A stretch of DNA of 64,000 bases from the human T2T-CHM13v2.0 reference genome, Homo sapiens, in NCBI RefSeq assembly GCF_009914755.1, contig NC_060936.1; one strand, written 5' to 3'. Position 1 is the stretch's first letter. Each line of letters starts with the position of its first letter. A program made the position numbers and the translations under genes. Positions 1 through 14,616 of this stretch are shown here, one piece after another. The notes below the pieces were generated by a model, which made no database searches, was not told the DNA's origin, and saw nothing but the letters and a program-made list of their open reading frames with translations.

Positions 1-74
1 AATAATAAACAGATAGAATACCTGATACATATATACATACATATCTACGTATGCATAGATACAGAGGAAAACAC

Positions 75-175
75 ACAGGGAGAGGGAGAAGAAGAGAGAG
101 GGAGAAGGAGGGGAGAGGAAAAGAGATTTTGAGAGAGAGAGAGGATAGAGGGAGAAAGAGGGGAGAGGAGAAGAG
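75..175. repeat. GA-rich low-complexity tract
   Basis: Near-pure purine run of gag/gga/aga units. Confidence 0.85.
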
Positions 176-1899
176 ATTACCAACACAGCAGAAATATCTC
201 GATTTCTGCTGTGTTAATAAATTTCTAATTCTATTCTAATATCAGGCAGGGTATTTAGAGAGTTACCTAACAGTTCTTTTCTAGGAATGGCTAAAACAAA
301 AAGTGATTTTAAAAAATTATTGTCAAAATTTTGATTTTATTCTATTAAGTGACATTGTTACTCGTCCTTTGAAAAACATTACAAAAGTCTGTTTGGTTTC
401 ATTGTTTTCTGATCAATTATGTAAAAAATGAATATATTAAACAAAATAATAAGCTAGTTCTAGACTTTGCTATGGCTAGTCTCAAATTATACTACCAAAG
501 GGAGATGGTACAAAAGGCAAAAAAGTGTTTTCATGCATGGAGACAGTCATCTCATTTCTGTCTCAGTGGTCTGCTAGCACTCCCAAGGAAGGAGTTCTTT
601 GCCTGCATATTTGAAGTGTTTTACTCCCATGCACAGAACCATGGAAGAAGTTGTGCCAAGGATGGAGGGTTGGAAACACATGAAGAGCCTACTGAATCTT
701 TGAGATTCTGGGAGCAGGAGATATCTTAGGCATAGCATTGATCTCATTATCAATTATCAACTATCAATCTGCCTGCCATTCAGGAGTCATCATATACAAT
801 TTCTGTGAAGGGCTCCCAAATTGAGTATGAATGTGGACCATATTTTCAAAACTAATGCTGAAAAGACAAGAAAAGAGAGGGGAAGCTATATGTGTGTGTG
901 TAAAAGATGGAGAGAGGAAATTGAGAGAGAAAGAGAGAGAGAGGAAATTGAGAGAGAATAAATGGTTTAGCCTCTGCTGTTGCTCAGTGTAGCCAAATGG
1001 AGAAACATGGCGGAAATGAACTGCATAAATGTGGTGCCATGACTCTATGATAGCAAGTGACACGTCCTCTTGATCCACTTAAAGCTCAGGTTCTAAGTAA
1101 TCTATTAGTGAGTATAATAGATGCATTCCTATATCTTCATTTCAAGCTAAATATTTGACTCTACTAGTTTATATAAAGTTGAGAAATGATCCTCTCAGCT
1201 ATTTATATATTAAAACTTTGCTCTCATATAATTTTGAAAATAGACATCTAAATTAAAAGTATAATACAAAAGGCTTATAAAACTAAAACAATTTTTTTCT
1301 CCATTTCTGTAGAGAAAAAACATAGATATATACACACACATAAACATACAAACACATATAAATAAGGATATAACCCATATCCTCAAAAACATCATAAACA
1401 TCCATTTTCATGATGATATCTTTCTATCAGCTAACATAATTGCTAGAGAAACAAAACTTAAACATGACTAAAAGAAGTAATTGTCTAAACACACATGGAT
1501 TACAGCATAATTAAAGCAACCTATTCTCACACCTAAGTTTTACACAATATTCCTGGATTACTAATTTTAAAAATATCCTAGCATATGAGATGAAGAATAT
1601 GGTATAAATCATTTCTAATATTAGATGAAAGTATACAATCTAATACTTGATTTTTTTTTTGATTATTTGATTTTGACCAAGAGGACACATGGTGATTCGG
1701 CATCAAGAGCTCTGTATTTAGGCCAGAATGGCAGTATTGCCATGAAGATCAAGTATTATAATGTTATTTAACACCTAGCTTTGTCAACCCTGACCAACTA
1801 TAAAAATAAAAGGTCTGGATTTTAGGAGGGATTTTTTTGCTTTTGAATGTATAAATCTTTAACAAGAGAGCCACTAAAAGTAGAATGAAAGAATCACAC

Positions 1900-2277
1900 T
1901 ATTAAATTTAGCCTAAAGCTTCCTCCTTACATATTTTAAGTTCAGCCTAAAGGTTTCTCTGTACATCATAAACTGTAACCTAAATGGAGGTGTAAACACA
2001 ATGTAGCCCACTCTTACACCAATCACCGAGTTTTGGCCAATCAAAGGTGGCCAACTGTTCAAACTGTGTTCAAATGAGGCAGATGCTGAGCTGTAACCAA
2101 TCTGGCTGTTTCTATACCTCACTTCCGTTTTCTCTATGTCACTTCCCTTTTTCCGTCTATAAATCTTCCACAACGTGTCTGTGCTGGAGTCTCTGAGCCT
2201 ACTCTTGCTTGGGAGACTGCATGATTCACAAATTGTTCTTTGCTCAATTTAATTCGGCTAAAGTTTTTCTTTGAACA
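1900..2277 (+). mobile_element. ERV1 solo LTR, MER57-like
   Basis: tttagcctaaagct...ccaatcaccgagttttggccaatcaaaggtggcc...aattcggctaaagtttttctttgaaca resembles the MER57 consensus; approximate 4-bp TSD acac/atac. Confidence 0.8.
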
Positions 2278-3719
2278 ATACTAACAGACATTCATGAAAG
2301 TTTAGAGAACTGCATTGAAGGAATTAAAGCCTAACTAATGACTCATCCTTTTCAACACAAAATAAGGATGAACATGTATAAATATCTACCAGCACCCTCC
2401 CTGACAACCTCAGGGTTTGCACTAAACAAGATGGGAAAACCAAAGGTTTAAAAATGTATAGGAAAATGATTCTAAATATAGGTACATTATCACCAGTTGA
2501 AAAAGTTTACTATGCAAGGTCCAAATACTATTTGCAAATGAAATTATTACCTAAAATTAAACAAAAATATCAACCTTTTATGATTTGTATGCTTATTTTA
2601 AATAAATATGAGTGACCCAAGTTTAAATTCTGGCATGCTGGGGGGGAAACATATTTTAAATGTCATTTTACCTTTTGTAGACCCTAAACTGGAACACCCT
2701 GATATGCAAGATTTGCTTAAGCAATATTTATACAATCCAACATTTTAAAAAGTATAAGGAATTGTTAATATATCAAATTAAGCATTGCCATATTTTTACA
2801 ACTTAAATAATACTCTTTCATTCAAACTGTATTTTTTGGAAGAGGCCAAGTACTAAGTTATACCTTCTAAGGAAGATTTTTGGCAAGTTTTCAGTAACTA
2901 AAAGCAGGAGGTTGCAATAAAATCAGTTTTACAGGATGGGAGATAGCATTTGCTACCATGAATGCACACTATCTTCTTGTTCTGAGGGCAATAGATATAA
3001 AATACTGCATGAGGGAGAGAAATGGCCCTATGATTGTTATGGTTATGCCTTGAGCTTCATGCGCTATAATCACTATCTCAGTAAATTTGCCTTTCCAAAG
3101 GCAATATTTTACATAGCTGTTCTTTTTTACGCAAATCTTATTTGTGTGTGCTGCACACCAGCCAGTTTGGTAAGTGAAACTACTGGGCTGCTGAACACAT
3201 ATAAAATGCAGAAATAATAATAGCTTTTCTGTCACAAGCAGGACGCTACCCTGGTAGCAATCAACCAGGATGAAGATGCTAATCTGGTAACATTAAGCAA
3301 AAAGTAGTAATTATTTAAGATCAAGGCACCCCCTTATCACAGGCCAACAAAACAATTATAGGGCCCTGATTAGATTTCTAAACAACTCATGCTAAAATCA
3401 TGTCTTTAAGTCTGTTCAACAATTTAAATTGAGAAAATAAAACCTGGTTAATGACATATATGGTATTAGTTAAATTTGAAATTAGGTGAACTCAATTATT
3501 TATACAGTTTCCATTTTATTGTTTGAGTATTGTGAAATTTCCTCTGCCAATCTTCAAGTTAAATTACAAAGTTGGAAGGAAATTCAATAATCTATTCTGT
3601 CCTTTTATAAAATTCTTAAATCTTAAAATTCTTACAATCATTATATTGAAGCCTAAAATTCCTTGTTCCCCCTGTTCAAGTCCTGCTGACTAGGTTATCC
3701 GCAGGAGGTAACATATTAT

Positions 3720-3905
3720 GGTGAGAGGCATAACGACAAATAGCTCAGGCTTTGTTCGGCAGACTGCCCAGGTTCAAATCCTTGCCTTATCACTTTCTAA
3801 CACTATGGGGTTGAATAAATTATTTAAACTAGCTGACCCTTGGCCTCCCTGTGTGTAATACGCTATTGTGATTAAATCAGATAATCCAGACAAAGTGCTT
3901 GTCCC
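3720..3905 (+). mobile_element. MIR SINE
   Basis: cagactgcccaggttcaaatcc core and attaaatcagataatccagacaaagtgctt tail. Confidence 0.7.
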
Positions 3906-4127
3906 ATTAAATGGCTTTTAAATATTAGTAGGTGGTAGAAGTAGAAATTCTCAAACAAGATACAAAAGGTGATACATAGGATACCTATTGGAGGGCGGTA
4001 TTACTTCTTATTTCTCTAAAAATATTGACTTAATTTTCTGTTGCTTATAGTGATTCATCTTGCAATTATTTCTTTTCATAATCTTGTTATGTTAATAATA
4101 AAAGTCACATATTAAAAATGAAGCACT

Positions 4128-4784
<657 letters not shown>

Positions 4785-4819
4785 AAAAATGAAGCACGAC
4801 TTTGATGTTCCATGAAGGT

Positions 4820-4995
4820 AGGCTGCCTGTTTTCAATGCTCAGTTCTGCTGATGATTTACTGGGTAAAACAGAAATACTATTAGCATCTGCATCATAGAT
4901 TGTCTGAGCTGAGAAGTAAATGAGTTAATAGGTTACATGCTTAAAACAGTATGAGGAACCTAATTAGTGCTAAAGAAGTATTAACTATTATTATT
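4820..4995 (+). mobile_element. MIR SINE
   Basis: taaatgagttaata...atgcttaaaacagt...tagtgct...tattaactattattatt MIR 3' end. Confidence 0.65.
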
Positions 4996-5489
4996 CAGAT
5001 ATGTGTAAATTTTTAGCCATCCAATGTATTAAATTCCCAGGTTTTGCCTCTGATTGTTTCTGCACATATGTTACTAGTCTTCTCTGATACAGAATTCCAT
5101 TTTTTTCTAACTCTTTGTCTTTCTAATAAACCAGCTACCATCAGACTTTGCAGAAAGGATACATATTTAGGAAGTTGGCACTTCAGTTTATCTACACTTA
5201 AAAAATAAATGGGATATTATTATGCCAAAAAAATGCAGATTTGCAAATTTCCCTATTCTTTATTGATGGTTCCTCTATTATTTTTCTTTGAGTTCTACCC
5301 TATATCCCAGATTTTTTTAAATTTCAGTTGTTCCATTTGCTAGTCTACAACATATTTGTGAAATCACTGCCAAATCTCCACAGCATCAATGTAAATCTTA
5401 TATGATATTAGCTTAATTTAAAAAAAATTCTTTTCTCCAATATGTTCATTAAAATCATGTTATGAGGAACTATTAAACAATATTTATAT

Positions 5490-5541
5490 AATAGAAGTGA
5501 AAATGCATTATGAACAATAGAAGTGAAAATGCATTATGAAC
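5490..5541. repeat. Perfect 26-bp tandem duplication (aatagaagtgaaaatgcattatgaac)x2
   Basis: Directly visible. Confidence 0.95.
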
Positions 5542-6634
5542 ATTGCAGTCAATTTCATTTTAAAAAGTTAAATTTTCACTAAAATATCCATGTTATTAGA
5601 TAAACATTTATTTTTGGACTGATGAGCACTCTTTAGTTAAACAACTGGAAGACAAGAAAATGTGGTAATACTTCTAAGAGGAGGCAGAAGGATTAAATGC
5701 AGTGCATGGTCAATCCTTTTAAGATGGCTGCTTAATAACATCACAAATAGGCACAATTTCAAACTAACATTACAATAAATTTAACTTATTCGATAAAGGT
5801 AAAAGGGAGAATAGAATACCTTCATCATTCTAAGTGCTGATTTGAATGAACTCTTCCTTTCTTTGAATATAATTGCTACTTCACTGCAAATGTATTTTTT
5901 TAATGTAGCTCTTACACATACATGAAATAAGCTCTTGCTTCACTTTTTGTGTGCTAAATGCGCAATTAAAACATCATTACTCTGCAGTAGCAGGTTTTCT
6001 CATTTAAGCTTGAGAAAAGCTGCCATTACATTGGTCGTAACTATATGTGAATGCACTTGTCATATCTTAAAGCACCTCATGCAATGAGGTATTACGAAAT
6101 GAAAGACACCTATTGGTCTGGGATATTCACGCATGAGCAAGCTGACCAGACAACTTTCAGGTAAGGTAAGGCACTATAAGACAATGACATATGAATCACT
6201 TTTATAAATATACTCATCTATGTGAAAATTAAGCCTATATTTTACTTTCATGATGATGGAGGTGACTCCTAGAGACCTGAAAACCATTGTATTTTCATAC
6301 CACAGCTTAGTTTTACCTCCAAAGAACTGCTTTTGCTAGATTGGCCTGAACATTTATTTTAACACTTTGAGATATGTTTAATACTTCAGCTAGGATCAAC
6401 ATTTCCACTAAAGGACCTTGAACTATACTCAGTTATCTATTTTATAAATTCTTGAAAAATTTAACAGCCTTGGGTGAGTGGAAAGAGTAATTTCAAACAA
6501 CAGCATTTCTGTAGCTAACTGATTATATTTAGGTGTAAATCAGTGTGAGTCTCCAGACTTGGCATATAATCTTTCTAGACTTCTGGAAAGAAACAGAATA
6601 CCAGATATGCCTGAATGGGACAGCCTCATTCTGC

Positions 6635-6797
6635 AAATCAGGAGACCAGGGTTTTATACCAGTGTTTCTACCTGCTGGTTCTAGAACTCTGGATAAGTCA
6701 CTTAAAAAAATACCTGAAACTTGAGTTTTTATCTACCAAGCACATTGGTTGGAGTCAGTGAGCTTCTGACTCACTTCTTGCCTCCAACTACTATGAC
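6635..6797 (+). mobile_element. Old MIR (MIR3/MIRc-like)
   Basis: aatcaggagaccagggtt...ggataagtcacttaa core. Confidence 0.55.
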
Positions 6798-7877
6798 CTT
6801 TCTTAAGAAACACTACTTCTAAATGGGATAAAATGTCGTTTTGATGGCCTAAATTCTTCAGTGGTATAACCACTTTGAAGACTTCATTTTCTAAAAGGCC
6901 TAATCATTATATCAGAATGCAGAACTAGTGAGCTCCTACCACATATACAACATCTGTCAATGGCTTTCAGCTTCCTATGCTGTGCAAATGAAGATCTTGA
7001 CTGGAAATGAATCTTTTGAACAGATGGACCTGCGCTGTTTCTTGGAACTTTGAAAGCTGTACAGTGTGCCTGCCATGAACTATTCTACGTGACTCATGGA
7101 AGTAGATGACTGTTTGCGTTGCCATTTATGCACATTCATCCACTCAGAAGCAGATCAGCCGTTTCTCTCTGGATGACATTCAATGCTAGCAAAACAAAGC
7201 ATTTTCTGATTTTTAAGTAGCTAATAAATTCCTTTGACACTTTAAAAAACATTTGTTAAGACAAGACTTTGCTTCCCCTTCTCTTGGTACCCCAACACAC
7301 ACACACTGTGTTTGTTTCAGGTGCAGAATCACACACACAAAATTAAGATAATGGTGAAAGTCAACAGCATATGGAATAAGTAGAAATCTCTTGAAGACAT
7401 TCAAAAAATCCTTAAGTCAGGAAAACAATTATTTTAAATGCCTCAAGGAAATCTTAGCAGGCTTTTTAAGATATTTATTCTATATGCCAGCATAGTTCAT
7501 ACATTTTTACAGACAGTTGAAATTCTGAACTCAATTCAAAGGTACTTTACCTGCTAAATTTGATATTAAGTTCATTTTTTTAGACTAGGCTTTCATTTGT
7601 AGAAGAGTAATTTGAATTGATAGTTTTTATCCCCTTTCTGCCAGAAAGCTTTACTTTATAAGTTTCAATCTGGTCAAGAATCACCAGTCTCACTACAGAA
7701 GCTTTAAAAATTGTACTTTAAAAAATGAGTTTAAGATAGTTGGAGTTAGGGGTGAAGAAGATATGAAACTTGGAAGAAATTCCTTTTCGCAGCCTAGAGA
7801 GCATTTTCTATTAACTTCTTTGTTGGTTTGTGTTACAAACACAAATGGCTCTTAGGGACAACCTTTCCTTGAGATAC

Positions 7878-8582
7878 GGAAACCACCTTTGCAAAAACTG
7901 TATCAGGAAGAAAATTATGGCAGTTGGGGGGGATCTAATCTAGCCAAACCCTATCTTGCCTTTGGCATTCAACCTGATCTTAATTATTTCTGGGTTTAAG
8001 CCAAGCTAACTTTGGAAGACATTCAGTTTATAGTTTAAGTAATAGTAGCCTTTCCCCAAAACTCAACCGCCTTTGTAAAGCTAAGGAAAGATCACCAGGG
8101 TAGGAGGATAGAGGAGCCTGAATTCTGCTAAGGCATAGACATAAACAATTGCCAGCCATTGTTCTAGATGTCACAATGGATGCAAATTCTCCAATTACTC
8201 CTACAGATAACATCACTGTTGTAGAACCTAATATGGGTCTTTTGAGATATCTTTTCAGGGTTTTTGCATGCCTGACACCAATGGCTCCACCTGGTCCCAA
8301 GCAATTCAGCCCACAGGAGGACCATTTCCCACACCTATATGACTGCATCCCCAACCAACAGTAGCAAGCAATCATTCCCTAGCCACTCCTAGCCCTTCCC
8401 TCAAACTATCTTTGAAAAACCCTAGCCCCCAGATTATCAGAGAGCTTGATTTGAGTAACAGCTTCATCTCCTGTGTGGCATGGCTGGCCTCTGATCAATT
8501 AAATTATTTATTGCAATGCCATGGTCTCTATGAATTGATTTTGTTTGTGCAGCGGGCAAGAAGAACCCTTAGGGCGGTTACA
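7878..8582 (+). mobile_element. ERV1 solo LTR, LTR8 family (LTR8A-like)
   Basis: Starts gaaaccacctttgcaaaa, ends gggcggttaca; internal gccaagctaactttgg and cagataacatcact motifs typical of LTR8. Confidence 0.82.
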
Positions 8583-10480
8583 CACCTGTCTGAATGAAGA
8601 ATATGTTGCTGTCACTTAAAAGGACTTGATGTAACCTGTGAAAGGACAAAAGCAGTACCAGAAGTTTGTGAGAACATGCCAGAAGCAGCACATGGAGATG
8701 GAGCATTCTCTCCGCTCCATCCCTATCATCTTCCATAGAATTAAGAGATGATCATTCTATATGTGGTAAATCTTTTATTTTAAAAATCCCCTTCTGTAAA
8801 TTTCAAACTAAAATCCATTTTCTGAAGGATAGGGCAACACAGATGGCGATGTTTAACATGTTGGGTGCTTTTGCTTTTTTTTTTCTTTTTTCAGTTTCCT
8901 AGATGTAATTCTTTTTGGACTTTTCTGATAACAACCATCATAGTTCAGTAATCTTGAATTTCCAAAGTGTGTCAAAATATAAATGCTTAAATCTAATTAT
9001 TTATAATGCTTAGATGCAGGTATGAAATAATATTCAATTATGGGGCAATTTAAATATATAAAGAATGGACCATTAGGTAAGAATGCAGCCTTTATTTGGT
9101 TTATGGAGATTAAGTGAAAGTCTGATGGCTCAGTACTTTTCATGCTTATTTCCAAATAATAGCACTTTGAACACTAACAGAAGTCCAAGAATACACCCAG
9201 ATTTTTGTAGTATCCATTTCCTATTTTGGGGAAAACAATACTGCAGAGCCATTGTAGGTGACATAACATAATGGCTCTTTGTGGCCAATTATTTATTCAG
9301 TGTACGGGCCTCACATCAGTTTAAAGAATGATGCCTCTCTCTACTTTTTAATAACAATAATCCAATGCATTTCTTTACTGACCACTGAGGCAGTTCTTTG
9401 CCCTCTGACTCCCTAAAGCTGTACCAAGTTCATTGTCCCCTCTGAAATCAGGGGCACTTAAATGCTAATGGTAACCACAAGAAAGAATAGGTCACAGTTA
9501 ATCCTGTTAGCACCATGTACACACCTGCTGCTTTAAACCAAGACGGGAGCTCATTTCTGGAGTTGTTTTGAATCTTTACTTCTCAATGAAACTTCTGTCC
9601 CTTCCTTAGAATCCGACCAACACTAGGATTCGCCACAACTAGTGCTCCAACATGGAGCCAAAACTTTTTTGAGTGTGGAGAAATCAAAAATTGTCATCAG
9701 GCACAGCAGAAACCTTCTCTTTCTACTCCTCCATTCGAACTTGAAGAGTTTTACACGTTTGCCTAAGGAACAAACACATGTCAGGCACTCCACTGTTTAA
9801 CAGATTATTACAGAAAGCAAACCTGGGAGAAAGGGGACATTACAACAAGCATAAAGGGACAACAAGACAATAATGTCCTTTACCTCCAAAAAAGCTCACA
9901 GTGGGGATAGGTTTGTATCTCTCTTAGAAGATTATATAATCTTAGTACATCATTTTTTAATTTCAAAGAGACACACACCTTTAAATGGGACTAAAATAAA
10001 CAGTTTTTACAAGAAATTTAAAAAAAAAGGACAGTAAGCATTTCTTGTGAGTATTTGGGGAGCATTCTGCACAAACCTAAGAAAAAAGTTCATTAAAAGC
10101 AAGGAAGAAAGTAGACAGAAATCAAGACATAGTCATCTAAGCGCAAAGTGTAAAATAACTGTAGAAACAATATTAGGTAGTAATAATAAATTATAATTCA
10201 AAGATAAAATATTTGTGATCTCAACCATTCATAGCCTTGCCTGATCATCCATGCCTAGAGTAATTTATAATTTGCTGAGGCAGGAATTTGAACCATACAC
10301 ACTTTAAGGGTGATAAATGGAACCAAGTCACTTAACCAACATATGGATCTAGTCACCCCTGGGCGGCATTCATTTTTCAAGCCAACTTTGTTGCTCTCTA
10401 ATCATTATTAATTATGTAATCCTCATTAACAGTCAGAATGAGATTCATGACATATTTCAGTTGTAACTTATGATATTTTA

Positions 10481-10855
<375 letters not shown>

Positions 10856-11599
10856 CTATTTGAATTTCAAATATTTGAAGAATAATTCAGTAGTTGAGAG
10901 GAAAATATGAGTAACAATAATAAATAATAAATCGTATGTAAATTGGCTATTAATAGTAATTTAGGCTCCGACAATAGAGGGGTTTTGGTTGTATAAGTTA
11001 AAAGTAAAGTAAAGCACTTTCTACATAAATTTGAGAGGTTGGAATAGTTAAAACTAATAGCAAGAAAAAAGACTAATCATGTAATTAGAAGAAAAATATA
11101 TTTTCTAATTTTGAAAATATTTGTGTTATTGAGTAATTAGAACAGGCCCCTGTTTTCTTATCACTGCTAATCCTGGCCTCTCCCTCCTAAACCAGAAAAT
11201 GTAAGATTTAAATGATGGTTTGAGGAAGAGTGGAACTTTTGTATTCTGGCCAGAGTCGAGTCTAGATGCCTTTATTTAGATATATCAAAGCCAACACAGT
11301 TGTGAAGTGGGTCAGTGTTATGACCTGCAGTGGACACATGTAGTTGAAGATAAATGATAAAGACTGAGAAAATTTAGGAGAGTTTCAGTTTTTTGTTTTT
11401 CTGTTTTTAAGAAAAAGCGAGTCGCATATGGAGAAATACATCATCTACACATTTCCAATCCTCCATTTTCTTTATGTCGTTCAAAAACATAGAAATGTTT
11501 TCAGGGACTTTTTAAAAATTTCATATATACCCATTGAACACTTTAAGAGTAGAATAACTTTTTCCTATATGTCTTATCTCTAATCAGTTTCTAATCATC

Positions 11600-12240
11600 T
11601 TTCTAATCTATTTCCTACTCTTGGTCCCACTACTACACTCTTTATTCCACCTGGTGTGTATAATTGCAATAATGCCCTGACTTGTCTTGTTCCCTGCTGT
11701 TCCTCCTCCTCTTTGCCACCATCATCCTGAAAAGAAAAATCTATAATACTATCCTATTACAGGAAGAAACATAAACTTATTTATGATATATAACATCCTT
11801 CATGATTAGACCCCAAACACCCAGATTCATCTCCCCTTCTTCCCAATGTCTCCACAAAACATGCATGCACCACTCTAGTCATGCCTACTTAATCCTAGGA
11901 CTTGATGTGCCCATTCATGTCCCCTGATCTTTGTGTTTGTTTTAGCTTTGCCTAAAATACACTTGTTTCAAATCCCAGAAGAAATGTGGCCACTTCATGA
12001 TTTATCCGATCAGCACTTTGTCATAGTTCTATTATAAAACATATTTCATCATATTATGATTATTAATCTGTTTCTCTCACTAAAATACGAGGTATTGGAG
12101 AAAAAGAATATTAGCATACATTTTGTTTCGTCAGTGCTAAGCAGCATATCAGGCACATAAATGATGCCTAATATTTATTAAATGAAAGATTGAAACAATG
12201 GATGCATGGAGAGATGAATAAATAAATGAACACGTGAATG
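11600..12240 (+). mobile_element. L2 LINE 3' relic
   Basis: cagtgctaagcagcatatcaggcacataaatgatgcctaatatttattaaatgaa followed by an (atga)n-like tail. Confidence 0.6.
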
Positions 12241-13139
12241 AATTAATATAAGGAAAAAGGCGATAAGTAATTTCAGAAGAAGGAAAGCTAGAATCGATAT
12301 TTGGATTCTCTGTAAACAGCAAGGGGGGTGATTAGGTGACCCAAAGGGTCAGTTCCTCAATCTTTAATTTTTCTAGGATTATCCCTATGATTCTGCAGTT
12401 TCAGCATCTGAAATTATAGATACACATGGGTCCTGACATTCAGCTTCACATTTTCACCTCAGATATTTAAATTTATTCTCACTTGGAAAAGGTCTGATTT
12501 TAAAAACAAAATTAATTCATGAAAATAATGATGCAAGTAGATAATAGCAATCTGTGATGCTCTAATTGGTATTAGACTAATCACTTGGGATGTGGAAAAT
12601 GTCCAAATGAATGCATCAAGGTTAATGCTGGCATATTCATTACAGTTAATATTTCAGTTAGAAGCTATCCCTTAAAAAAATACACCTATCTCCTGAGTAA
12701 TTTCCATACAGCTGCTTAACACTGTCAGGAAATTCTTCTCATGAAATATTTCATGAGACAATTACCCTACACCAAGGAATTACATGCTCACTTGACATCA
12801 GATATGGTGGTGCAAATGAAATAGCATCAAATTTCCTGTAATAGAACACAGTAAACAAATAGCACAATGATTGGTTCACCATTGCCCCAAAATAATATTG
12901 TGCATGCAATCACTTATGTGCATGCACACAAACAGAATTATGTACTGTATATATTACAGTTCAGGATGGCTGACCTCTCTCCTGCTTTATTTTTCCTATC
13001 AAATCTGGAGACTAGTATTTTTAAAGCATGTATGTGGCATGATTTTTATTTTTTATTGTTGATACTTTGATTTGGGGTTTCCCCCTCATAATAGTTTCTG
13101 AATGTGGAACTGCATGAACAAAGAGAAGACACATTTTAT

Positions 13140-13235
13140 ATTTTTTGGTGTTCTTTTCTCTTTTTCTTTCTTTCTTTCTTTCTTCCTCTCCCTCTCCCTC
13201 TCCTCTCTCCTTCCTTCCTTTCTTCCTTCCTTCCA
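13140..13235. repeat. Pyrimidine microsatellite (TTTC/TTCC) at the L1PB poly(A) position
   Basis: Directly visible next to the L1 3' end. Confidence 0.85.
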
Positions 13236-13584
13236 TTTCAATACTTTTGGGGGAACAGGTGGTTTTTGGTTATGTGGATAAGTGCTTTAGTTGTGATTTC
13301 TGAGATTTTTGTACACTCATCCCCTGAAGAGTGTACACTATACCCAATGTGTAGTCTTTTATACCTCACCCCTCACCATCCCTTCTCCCCGAGTCCCCAA
13401 AGTTTATTGTATCATTCCTATGCCTTTGTGTCTGCACAGCTTAGCTTTCACTTATAAGTGAGAACATACAATGTTTGGTTTTCCATTCCTGAGTTACTTC
13501 ACTTAGAATAATGGCCTCCATCCAGGTTACTGTGAAAGAAATTATTTCATTTCTTTTCATGGCTGAGTAGTATTCCATGGTATG

Positions 13585-13587
<3 letters not shown>

Positions 13588-13636
<49 letters not shown>

Positions 13637-13691
13637 CACCAGATGGGTGTATATGTATATACACCAGATGGGTGTATATGTATATACACCC
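13588..13691. repeat. (TG)n microsatellite plus a 25-bp quasi-palindromic tandem repeat inside the L1PB
   Basis: (tatacaccagatgggtgtatatgta)x2 plus tatacacc from 13633. Confidence 0.9.
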
Positions 13692-14616
13692 AGTAGTGAG
13701 ATTGCTGGATCAAATTGTACATCTACTTTTAGTTCTTATGGAATCTCCACACTGTTTTGCATAGTGGTTGTACTAGTTTACATTCCCCCCAGCAGTGTAA
13801 GTGTTCTATTTTCACCACATCCATACCAATGTCTATTATTTTTTGATCTTTTAAATTATGGCCATTCCATTGTGGTTTTGATTTGCATTTTCCTGATAAT
13901 TAGTGAGGTTGAGCATGTTTTTATGTTTGTTGGCAATTTGTATATCTTTCTTTTTTATCTATTTATGTCCTTAGCCCACTTTTTGATGGGATTATTTGTT
14001 TCTTGATGATTTGAGTTCCTTTGTAGATTCTGGATATAGTTTTTTGTTGGATGCATAGTTTGCAAGTATTGTCTCCCACTCTGTGGGTTGTCTGTTTACT
14101 CTGCTGATTATTACTTTTGCTGTGTAGAAGCTTTTTATTTCAATTAAGTCCCATCAATTTATCTTTGTTTTTGCCACATTTGCTTTTGGGTTCTTTGTCG
14201 TGAATTCTTTGCATAAGCTGGTGTCTATAAGAGTTTTTCTGATGTTGTCTTCTAGAATTTTTATGGTTTCATGTCTAACATTTAAGCCTTTGATCCATCT
14301 TGGGTTGATTTTTTTATAAGGTGGGAGATGAGGATCCAGCTTCATTCTTCTGCATGTGGCTTGCCAGTTATCCCAGCACCATTTGTTGAATAGGGTGTCC
14401 TTTCCCCACTTTATGCTTTTGTTTGCTTTGTCAAAGATCATTTAGCTATAAGTATTTTGCTTCATTTCTGGGTTCTGTATTCTGTTCCATTGGTCTTTGT
14501 GCCTATTTTTATACCAGTACCATGCTGCTTTGGTGACTATAGCCTTATAGTATAGTTTGAAGTTCAGAAAATGTGAGGCCTCCAAATTTGTTGCTTTTGC
14601 TTAGTCTTGCTTTGGC

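Noticed and set aside
13633-13691. CRISPR-like palindromic repeats
   Set aside because: No unique spacers, only about two units, eukaryotic L1 context.
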